Assembly: GCA_963514005.1 (NCBI GenBank)
Contig: OY740821.1
Coordinates: 14,012,001-14,076,000 of the forward strand
Direction of reading: 5' to 3'
Source: Raja brachyura
Lineage: Eukaryota
Length of the DNA: 64,000 nt
The notes under the pieces were generated by a model that saw nothing but the letters and a program-made list of their open reading frames with translations, had not been told where the DNA came from and did no database searches. Positions 1-11,800 of this stretch are shown here, one piece after another. Position 1 is the stretch's first letter; each line of letters starts with the position of its first letter. A program made the position numbers and the translations under genes.

Positions 1-844
1 TAAGCCAACATACTGCTATTTGGTGGACCAGGTGAATCAGATTGCTGCTTGTACTTATTTACATTATAAGTATCATAAGACTATAGGTTTTCTGCAACAA
101 AATAATCTATTAATATATTTCTTTAAGTTTCTCCAAATAAAATAATGAGTCTCTATTTCTACATGTAGTTCACTAGAAAGAAGCTATATTAAAAATTTGT
201 GCCTGCACTTTTTCTTAAATTCAGTAAGGATATATTTTTATTTTCTTTTGGTATGTATTACATTCAAAATCATAAAATCATGACAATTGTTTGCTTGGTT
301 AGCAGTGTTTCTCCAGGAAATCAGACAAAAACAAATGTCCTACATGTGTGACAGAACAGCAATGAATTCTGCAGGTGTGAACTGAAGTATGTGAAATGAG
401 TTACACCATCAGAACGGAGAGATTGGTTTATTGTATTGCCGGTGCCCTCAACAGCCTGCAATCAGCACAGGTTTTAAAACTTATAAGATCAATTGGAGGA
501 CGATTGCAATATATCAGGCATTGGTTAGGCCTGATGAATGGTACCCTGAGGAGCAGAATCAAGCTAACTTACACCAAAGCATCATCGTTTCATCCTCCTC
601 CTTCTCTTCATCCTCCTCCTCCCCTATTCCCTTTTGAAAACCCATTCAGACATCAGCATGTTCGCTTTCAGAGTTCAGGGATATACAGTAATCCAAATGA
701 ATAAACCACCTCAGTTGGCTGTGGATATTAGTATTCAGCAGCCGCTTCATGATTATCCACAATTTATTCATTTGGATCTTGTTTGGATTGAATTACAGTC
801 ATGACACTTACCCAAGGATCACATCCAAACAAATGGCAAAGGGT

Positions 845-2184
845 GGAATGTACATTTTTAAGTTTATTCTATTTAATGATTTACTGGTACTATTCCACAG
901 CACTAAGTAGAAATAAAAATACTATGTGTATTGTTATATTGTTGCACTGAATCATCCATCAACTCGAAAGAATTGATTAAAGAAACAGTTAATAAAATTG
1001 TCGGTGGCAATGTTTTCTTGCAATTTTAATTGTTAAGTCAGGAGACTTTATACATGCTTTTGGAGGAAGCAGCTTAAATCAACGTACAAGATGAGATGCA
1101 TTTCATGATTTTGCATTTAATTTAGCATATCTTTGCAAGTAAATTTTGGAAAAGATTATTTTCTAATTAGAGACAAGGAACTACAGATGTTGGAATCTAG
1201 GGCAAAACAGAATTAGTTTCAAGAAGGGTCTCGACCAGAAACATCGTATGTCCATTCCCTTCATAAATAGTGCCTGAACATCTGAGTTCCTCCAGCACTT
1301 TGAGTTTTGCTCTTTTCTAATTAGATAATTTCTAATTATAATTGCAGCATTTTAGGATTTCAAATAATTATTCCCTCCTGCAAATTATTTATAACTGGAG
1401 AAAAATCATGCAATTGGTAATCATGTGTTTTGCGTCCCCTCCTCAAGGGTCTTAATAGGAATATTACTGCTAGCAGGCTGATGAGGGGTACAAATGACAA
1501 AGGCCTCTCCAAACTATTAGTAAGGAAGTAGAGAACATTTTTAAAATAACTGGCCATGTGGTATGTTAGTAGTGATTTTAGTTTGTACAGTATATTGCAC
1601 AGCAAGTTGCTTTATTACTTTGTACGGTAACATTTAGTGATCAAGATACATGTAAACATATTTGATAGTCAGAATTCTTTCATGCAGAGACATGAAAACA
1701 TATTGAAGTGTAGAAATCATTAAACAGCACTAATAATCACAATAATTGTGATAAGTACATAACAAACCTAATTAATTATTTCAATCTATATATCAAACAT
1801 CTCAAATTATATGCTGGTTAGAGATGAAAACCTTTCAAAGGTTACGTTTTTTCAATCAGGCTTTGTATTACAAAACTGAAAATTTTAAAAATATGCAAAA
1901 TTACACTGATTTTCTTCCAAGAATTTAAACGTATTAACTTCGGCCAATCTAATTGCAACAAAAAAAAATCAAAATTAAAATTAAATTAAAAAATTTGGAC
2001 TTTTCTTTGAAAGGCCTTATTGGGGTTCTGAGTACTTAAAATGACAATGTGCTGCCTTCAATTTGTTTGTTTCCAAGGATCTTCCATGAAGTATTGCGAA
2101 TATCCAATTGCAAGTCCTTCTATTTTGGCTCTTCCCTGAGTCAATTACAACTTCATCCCTCTTTGTCAAGGTTTGGATTTAATC
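845..2184 (-). other. SLC4A8: Putative terminal 3' UTR exon of SLC4A8 (3' end uncertain)
   Basis: Acceptor gtttatttcttag|GATT at 2184. Candidate minus-strand AATAAA signals at 1616-1611, 868-863, 768-763 and 242-237. Confidence 0.5.
1173..1312. mobile_element. Penelope-like terminal-repeat remnant (short inverted end plus plus-strand copy)
   Basis: AAGAAGGGTCTCGACCAGAAACATCG...CTGAGTTCCTCCAGCACTTTG; same family as 62131-62261. Confidence 0.6.
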
Positions 2185-2841
2185 CTAAGAAATAAACAAA
2201 AAACTCAGCATTTCTATCATGTCAAAGAAAAGGATAGTTCAGAGTACTTTGAAAAGAGTAAGAACATTGAGAAATTGGGGTGGGAGCTGAAAGAGATGAA
2301 GACATGATTAGAGGTTTCTTTTTAAAAAGCACACACTGGAAGGTAGAGAGATAGTAATGCAAAATACCTTTAAAGGAGATGCCGGGGACATAGGCATGGC
2401 CTGTAATAACCATTTTAGTTTGTTCGGATACACCTAACATTAACAGACTTAATAACTTAAACCAACAGAAATAGTTGTTGAACGACTAAAAACTAAAAAA
2501 GTTTTTTTAAACAAAATTATCTAAACCCAAATCAAGAGAAGCATGGTACCAACAATTCTTATTTAAAGTTGAAAGAATCCCATAGTATTTCATTGGGTAC
2601 ATGTATTAGTTCCAAACCACAAAGGTCCATAGTTTTGCCAGAGGTACAGTAATACTAGTGATGTGCAGAATGGAAATTTCAATCTGGTGTACTGTGGCTG
2701 CTCCTAGTCTTGGGTTAAACATCATAGTTAAAGTGAAGTAGGCGAAACTTTTGCTGGATCTGACCCATGGTATATAGTCTAAAATGTATTTTAATTAAGA
2801 CAAAACTTCACATTAAAAAAAAAACCTAAGCTTTGACTCAC

Positions 2842-2887
2842 CTGATTCAAGGTACCATCGTTTTACATTGGTTTTTCAATGGATCTG
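2842..2887 (-). CDS. SLC4A8: SLC4A8 candidate exon 25 carrying the stop codon ((S)RSIEKPM*, TAA at 2865-2863)
   Basis: Strong poly-T tract with tandem acceptor tttacagcag|ATCC and consensus donor CAG|gtgagt; 43 or 46 nt; in frame with exon 24. Confidence 0.7.
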
Positions 2888-5800
2888 CTGTAAAAAAAAG
2901 AAATATGAAGAAAAAAAGAACAAATATGTTTCTTTTTAATAATTAGTGGCTGATTTCCATCTGGCATGTAGATTAGGTGGAGCAACTCATCCTGATTATT
3001 GCAAGAGGCCGGAACCATTTTCATGCTAATGCATCATGGAATTGGTAAAATGCCACTGATAAATAAGCTTTGATCAATTAACTTGCCATTTGCGGTGGGT
3101 AAAGGGTAAACATTTGACTGTTTCTTTGTAGAGCAAAATTAGAATTAAGCATTTGAAGAGTAGGAGACCATTGAATTGCTATCAATGGTATGGAAGATTT
3201 TAAGAGACCGTTCAAGGTTTCAATTCAGAGCTGCCTCCAGCAGTCCCAGTGAGGATTACTGGTTAGGCTGCTCTATGTTTAGTGCCAAACCGGCAGAACA
3301 ATCATTCAGAACATCAGTATTTGAAAATTGCACTGGAATCCAACCACCAGTTTAAAATCATACACCAAGACCGTCATCTAATTTAGTAGTGTTGGCTGAT
3401 CTTTTAGGAGGATACTGAAAACACTAAGCTGAGCACATCTCAGATGGCAGGTAATTTTAAAAAAAATGCTCATGTCATTTTGTCTGCTTATCACCTGTTT
3501 TCACAGTAGATGGGGTATTAGACAACTCAGACTTAAAAATTAAATGTTTATGCATATGAACAGAATTGTGAAATAAAATTAACTCAAAAGTCGAGCATGC
3601 TAACTTGCATTGTTGTCTGATGTAAAGAATACAACCATTGGGTTTTTAACTATAGTAAGTTAAATATCAATAGTTAACTGCAACAAGAATCCATAATGCA
3701 AAATTAATGCTTATTGTCTCGTTTCTTCTCCTAACCTCAAGTCACAACTGTTAATGCAAGCATTGACTGCAAGCGTTGCAAGTTATTGGACAAGGTGAGG
3801 TATCATTTTCCCCTTTGAATTGCAACCTTGTCGTAGTCGGGGAGCTTGTGTATCTCAGTGACCCCGAGAGCTATGCCAGCGGGAGATTTGTCTCCTGTTA
3901 AAGTCTCCCATGCTGGACAGATGGAAGGGTAGAGGTGAGACAAAGAGCGATCCACTGATCCTCCAGGTTGGAGGTTGAGCACAGGGCTAACAACCCTGTC
4001 TCGTAAAATAAGTATGTTATGGAAATAGCAACTGAAGGAATCAACACTACCGAGTGGAGGACCTTCATTGCTGCCCTACATGCCAGGAGGCATAATAGGC
4101 AGTAAGTAAGTAAGAAGTATCATTAGAGAGCAGTCAGGACTGGGAACCCACCCCTCATCTGTCTTAACCAGGGACAGAGGTCAATTTAATTCTTCTCCCA
4201 CCCTGTGAATCAAACTCAGCACAAATTAGAGATGGAGTGATCCTTCCAATCTGAGTTAGTAATAGAGTTACCAAAAAGAAAAGGCTTGAATCTTTGTCCA
4301 TATAACTGACAGAAAGATAGGCACATCAGAAAACAGCCATTTCCTTGCTCTAGAATATGTCCTGGTGAATTGACCATCATGCCACAGAGAAAGCCATTCA
4401 TTATTTTTGAAGGAATACATTAAAATGACAATAAGATTTCAAAAAGCTCAGGACTGAAACATATCAGCAGCAATTTACCTTTTTGAAGTTGTGTTATCCT
4501 TAGTTCTGTTGCTCCCTGTATTCATGTTAAGTGCCTTCCAAACAGTAGATCTGGACATTTCATCAGATATATTAATTTCAGATGGATCACACCTATAAAC
4601 AAAATTTGAGTGAGGATTAATAACATTTGTGTAACATAATAAAACATCTCAAGGGACTTCACAGGAAGTTTATCAAACAAGATTTGACACAAACCACCAC
4701 AAGGAGATATTAGGTTTGAGGGGTGACTTTAAGCAGCGTTTTAAAAGAGGAAAGGTGGAGGTGAAAACCCTTTAATGTGGAGCTTAAGGCACGAGCATTA
4801 GCGGTGGAGCGATTAGAGTGAAGATGCCAAGAGTTAGAGCATATACGAGGGATGTGAGGGCCGAAGGAGCATAGAGATAGGGAAAGGTGAGAACAGGTCA
4901 GGATTTGAAAACAAGGATTAGAATTGTAAAATTAATGGTTCCTTGTTAAGGAATATCATGCACATTAGCAAGTTAATGAAGATTTAGGACACAAGCTGCA
5001 GAGTTGTGGATGACCACATGTTTTTGCATTGAAATAGTCAGGTCTGGAGTTCTCAAATGACAGTTGAGCTGAGGTAGGGGCAAATTTGGGCACGGTTATG
5101 GAGAAAGATGTTCTTGGTGATGGCTAAGTAATTAATCTTAAGTTCTTCTTAGGGTTAAATATAACACCATGGTTGCAAAGAATGTGGTTCAGCCTTAATT
5201 ACCAGACAAGGAAAGAGGCAAGGAAATAGAGTTTGAGGCAAGAGCCAAATATAAAGGCTTCAGTTCTCCCAGGAATTAATTAGAATAAATTCTTGCTCAT
5301 CATGTACTGGATACTGGGCAAACAAATTAGTATAGAGGTGATGGTGAGGTAGAATTACATGTCATCATGTACATTGGAAATTTGGATGAAGTTGCCAGGA
5401 GATAGGAAATGAGAACGGGCCAAGTACAAATCTTTAATAAGTAGATAAACTCAGTTATTTGCCTTCCCTCATTTTAGTCACCTACAATATAAATTACATC
5501 TGCAGAGAATCTCGTTCAGCGCAAAACCAGTGGACTGCAGATTTGCTTAATGCTGCTGCACCTTCCAAGTACTGGTGTTTGCTGTGAACGATTGCACTCT
5601 TATGTTCACCAGAGGGGAAAGTATTTCCTTCCATCTTTTAGATTTTAAAGCTGTGTAGAATGCGACTGGAATTTTGCTGCATGTACAAAATCGCTGCATT
5701 TGGTAAAACACAATTAAATTGTCCTCTTTAACAATATTTAGAGAAGCCGTTAGATACAATAGTAAATTTTAGTGACTGAAGTACACCCATGAATACATTA

Positions 5801-8800
5801 AATCCAACATTGTCAGTGCAATAAGACACAATCATATGTTGGTAGAGTGAAGATTCTCAAACATATTATGTTGCAGTTCACATTTGGAATTCCTTCCATT
5901 TATTTTAATTTGAAGGAAAAATAATAATTAATGTAGAGGAACACAAGAATTTGCCAGCTTATGGACTTCCCTTAAAATTGCACCCAATTTTAATAGCAGC
6001 AAGGTAGGTTGTCACCTAGTGCAGTTGATTTAATCAGTATTTCTGTCACTAGACTTAATATTCACTACTTTAACAAGAAACACATTGTGGCTACAGTATC
6101 TAACATCAATCACCCAACACTACAACAGTCATTCCCATGATCTTGAGCATACAGGTAAGAGAAATGTCGAGAACATCTTCAAATTCCCCATCCAACTTTC
6201 ATATAATCCTGACTTGACGGACAACTCTGTTCCCTTATTACCACTAGGAGAAATTCTTAAAATTCCCAGCTTTTGCAAGAACTGCAGCAGTTCAAGGCAG
6301 CCCAACAGTTTTTAATGGCAACCAGTCTTTTGACAGTTTGGTCCACAACTCAAAAATAATTTGTAAAGAGAATCATTCTTTGTCATGTCCCATTTCATTG
6401 TTGCTTTATTTGACTGCACAAGGTTTGGGAAACAAGGAGAAACACTGACTATTCCATTGAAAGTAAAACTGCATTCAAGTGTAGTAATGCACATGTTTTT
6501 ATTAATCACAAGTATAAAACCAATTTGTACATGGCATGAATACGGACTCAAAGACTGCAATGTTCCCAATCTCAGTTGCACGATTGCATTTTATTTTCTG
6601 CGTCACCACACATTGCGAGGCAATGATTTGCTGCGTACCATTTGAAAAATTTGCTAACCTTGTTTATTGGTACATGGGTTCTGGTAATAAGCATTCTGAA
6701 ATAGGAAACAAGCAGCACTGTTGCCAAGAATATTTGAACTTGGGCTGCAAGGCTGTTTATAACAAGCAGAAAGAACAGTGAATGCAGGGCATTCTGCGTG
6801 TAATTAACCCATTTCCAGCTGACAGACAGAAGAAAAGTAGATTATGAGAATGCTGCTGAGCAATGCGCAGATTTTGCAGATTTTAGCTCTGTTAACATCC
6901 TAACAAATGTTTCCGTAGTCATATGGCAAGAAGGAAACGATCAACTCTTCAGTTATACATGCATTGCAATGCATTCCACTTGCAAAAACATTCAAGAAAA
7001 TAGCGCAAAACTGCAAGTTAGAAGTCACTGAAATGTAAAGTAACACAATTTTCAGATTGTTATTTTTAGCATGTCACAATTATGATGCAAGAGAAAATGA
7101 GACACAATACAAGTCCTAATACTACTCACAATGAATATATTGTCGATGGTAATTATGCCTGTTGTTTGCATTGCGCTTTCAGTCATTGTGCTGTTATCCA
7201 ACATGTAAAATATTGCCTTTCTCCAGTACATTATTGCATTGCTTTACTATAAGCATGAAATCTGTCAGATGAGTATGACATTGCATTGTAAGACATTTTA
7301 TTAAAATATATTGGTCATACACCAATATAGAAGTGCTGCAATTGTGAGTTTAATCTTACTGCACAGAAGATTTTAGACCAGTCATTATTTATGCTGGTAT
7401 ACCTCTAGTGAATCAATTCTAGTTCTTTGAATGAATATTTTCAATAGCATTTGGAAAAACAGTGGCATCATTTTACCTGGTCGACAACTGAACAGCAAGT
7501 ACGAAATACTCCAAAGCTGGACTGATACTTACAAGGAACATTTAACCTGATTGATGTACAAGTGTTGGTATTTTTAAGGATATCAATATGGTGTCTGTTA
7601 TCATTTGGGTAAAAATGTAGATGGTGATGCATCAAATAGCATGAAAACATCCAAATGGCAGATAAAATTGCATAAACTTAATTGCAAACAGTACTAGAAG
7701 CACTATGGACTGGATTACCTATAAACATTACTCTTTACTGGACTCTGAAGCAGTTTTCTACTTTCCATTGGCAGCTGCACACCACTGTCCCCTGGATCCA
7801 ACATTTTCTCAGATTCCTGTTGGAGAAATAAAAACACTGTACCAGATCAAAAAACTATCCGAAACGATGCACTGATCTGCTGAAATATTTTCCACTGCTT
7901 GTCACAAAAGCAAATCAGTAGGAAGCCAGTTATACTGATAGTCAGTGAGAGAGTCTTTTTTTATGAAATGGCTGAAAATTACGTTTTATTCTGGTTAAGT
8001 TTCGCACTATTTGGCACTGCATATTTTATTATACACAGACTCACTTGGAAATACCAAGTTGATCTTGCATATTTAAAAATTCCACAGAGACACAGAATGA
8101 TCAATAGAACTACAAGTTAACGTGTGAAACATCACTTTTTAGACCTCAAAGTTGACCAAAATAAAGTTGGTGCCAAACAAGGAAAATTATCCTAAATGGC
8201 TTTTTTTTTCCCCATTAATGTTCGAGAGAAATGAAGTTGAGCAGAGAAAGCAAGGTTTGTGAACATCCATTTCTCTGTATACTCACTTGCTAATACTAAA
8301 ATAATGCAGTGCAGTGATTCAAGCCAATCCTCTCCTTACTAAAGTGTTTTCAGTGTCTACTGAAACATCTGGTCAAGTACATACTCAGCCATGTCCAAAC
8401 AAGTCAAGGGGATTTTCACACAGAGAGTGGTTGGTCTCTGGAACTCTCTGCCACAGAGGGTAGTTGAGGCCAGTTCATTGGCTATATTTAAGAGGGAGTT
8501 AGATGTGGCCCTTGTGGCTAAGGGGATCAGAGGGTATGGAGAGAAGGCAGGTACGGGATACTGAGTTGGATGATCAGCCATGATCATATTGAATGGCGGT
8601 GCAGGCTCGAAGGGCTGAATGGCCTACTCCTGCCCCTAATTTCTATGTTTCTATAATTGTATAATGTGTAAAATTGAGTAAATGTGTAAATTGTACATTA
8701 AGTAATTCAGATCACAAGGGTCCGATTGTTGCATCCTGAAATGTGTGTTCAAGTCAGTCAGAAGAAGGGTTTCGACCCAAAACCTCACCTATCCATGTTC

Positions 8801-11800
8801 TCTGGAGGTGCTGTCTGAACTGCTGAGTTACTCCAGCACTTTGTGTCCTATAAAATAACTAAATATTGGGCAAAATGGGGCATTGGTGGATGCAGAATAC
8901 CCAATCTGCTAATGGGAACAATTGAGACAATATCTATGGTGTATCTGCAATTGGTAATAGATACCATAACAAAACTGCACTGGATATATATCTATATCTA
9001 TCTATCTATCTATCTATATATATATATATATATAATCATGTAATGAAAATCAGATAAAATTAAGTGAAATTGCAACGAGTACAAGTTAAATATTCTCCAT
9101 CTCCCTCCCTTGAACAATCTCCACCAAAAGATAGTGTAATCGAGATCTTAATGCAAATTCTGTACACGACTTTCTCTTCTAAAGAAGTCACTTGCTTTAA
9201 ACCAAAATCAGATTGCAAAACGACCTACGAGTTAGTTTACTCCATGTCATGGTTCGTAGGTGGAGTGATGAAATATCAGTTTTGAATCACTCTTCTACAT
9301 TGTGACAATGCAACTTTAAAATTAATTCCTTGCACTGAATTCAAGTGCATTCATTATGAAAGCTGGGGAGAACAGGGAAATTCAAAACAAACCAGACTGG
9401 TCCTGTGGCCAATTCAAATTGTCATTTGAAAAGATTGGGGAAGGTTGGAAAGTTGTTCCCATCAGATGTGATCAAATAATGTTTATGTCAAAGTAGCTTC
9501 AGGTGCACAAATCTTTTGGAAAAGAGGAAAATTTCACTTTAAAAAAAGCAATTGGATTTTCCCTTTCAACGATTAAAAGCAAAAGACAATGGTTAAAACT
9601 GGTCTGTCAAAACAAAAGAGTCATTATGACAATTGAATCTTACCCCATCTTCCTTGACTTTTTTGGCGTCATCTATTTTTTTCTTCTTACTTTCAGGTAT
9701 TAAATCATCAAGCCAGCTTAGCTCGCGCTTCAGAAAGCAAAGGTCCATCAATTTTCTAACAAAAACTAGAGCTAATACCTGCAATATAGTATCAGATATC
9801 AGATTAAGAAATATTGGGACAACACACTTGATAAAGATTAATTCTTAATAATTAATGTACACCTATCAAAATATACAAAAGAGCTAGATTTATTTAGTAA
9901 GTATTCTTTACAATGTAGTTTCTTTGCAGTCATTTTCCCCCAGAGTTATTAAAGGGAATAATGCATTTCGTAGTGTTAAGATATCTGTAACTTTTCCAGA
10001 CCTAAATAAATGGACATCACTTCACATTCTTATTGCTAAATTATCTGTCATTATACACATTATATGTGCATTCTAACATTCAGAATTTAGTTATCACAAA
10101 GGACAGATGAAAGCAGTAATATAAAGCCTAAATATTAAGCATATAATTTTTTCTTCAATTAGATTTATTCACAAGCAATCAAATAGTAAGTACTCTCCAA
10201 ATAATGCTTGGGTCCATTAATTGCTAGCTGCTTCATCAATGATCTTCTTTCCAGCATTAGGCTAGAAGTGGAGATAATTGCCGAGTGCACAATATTCAGT
10301 TTGCTTCTCAGCAAAATGAGCCAGTACACCTGTACAAACAAGACCTAGACAACATTCAGGTACAGGTTGATAAATACCTTTTGTGCTACAAAAGTACCAG
10401 GCAATGACCGTCTCCAACAAGAAGTCTAACCACCTACCCCTGAAATTCAAAAAGCACTATAATCACAGTGTCCCCACCATCAGCATTTTGGTCGCCATTG
10501 GCCAAACTCTCAACTGGACCAGATACACAAATGTGATGGTCAAAAAGGACAAGCCAATGCCTGAGCATTTTGCACCAAATGACTCGCCTCCGGACACGCT
10601 AAACCACATTCCGCTGTCTATAAAGTGCAAGACAGAAGCTCACTGGAACCCATCCACACGGGTGCAATTCCAACAACTCAGAAAGCACCTCACTCAAGAC
10701 AAAGTGGGTCTCTTGATTGGCAGTTTATCAACCAACCTAAATATTTATTAGTGGCATCACGAGCATATAGTGGCAGTCCTGCAGTATTAAGTTAGCCTCT
10801 TCAGAGTAAGAATGCAGTATTCTTGGCAAAAGCACACCACACGCTCACTTTGTTCAAATTGAAGAGATATTTCAAGTGAAAACTGAATTAGTATCAAAAA
10901 TCAAGTTGGATGTATTGATGTAGCTAGGTACCAACATTCATAATACCCAAAAGTGAACGAATTAGTAAAATAACAGCAAAGGAAAATAACAATAATGAAA
11001 AATTTGTTATGCAAATATAAATTGTACATGACACAAAACAATATTGAAGAACTGTAGGCATAAAACCCATCTTTAACTCATACTCCCAACAAAAGAAAAA
11101 ATGTATATTGTAAAAAAAAGAACATTGCAAACCATAAATGTGACCATTATGCAGTGCCCACAGTTAATGTAGACTACCATTATCTATGAGGGAAAGAGAC
11201 ATTGAACACGACAGATAGAACAAAGTGCTGTTGCTCTACAAATAAAAGCCCTCACAAGGAGGATGTTAAGACAGATCTTGGTCTCAATAAGAACAATTAT
11301 ATTCAGCCTTATATCCTTCGATATCCAGGAAGCCCAGTCATTTGTCCACTTATTTGGGATACTTGCACCAAAATGTCTCATCTGCCCTTGGGAACAGGGC
11401 TTGTTCTCTGCTACTCGCTTAGTTTAGTTTATTATTGTCACGAGTACTGAGGTACGGTGAAAAGCTTTTGTTTGCGTGCTAGCCCGTCAAAGAAAAAGAC
11501 TATTCATGAATACAATAAAGCCGTTCAAAGTTCAAAGATAAAGAATAAAGGGTACAATATTTAGTGCAAAGATATAACTTTGAAGTCCGACAAAGTCCGA
11601 TTAAAGATAGTTCAAAGATCTTCAATTAGGTAGATGGGAGGTCAAGACCGCACGATAGTTGGTGAGAGGATGGTTCAGCTGGGAAGAAACTCCCTTAATC
11701 TGGTGGCATGAGTTTTCACACTTCTGTACCTCTTTCCTGATGGGAGAGGGGAAATGATGGAATGACTGGGATGAAGCTGGTCCTTGATTATGCTGGCGTC

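Noticed and set aside
396-704. ORFs over a (CCT)-rich tract; the minus strand reads GEEEDEEKEEDE
   Set aside because: Low-complexity tract with no recognisable domain or convincing splice sites linking it to the gene.
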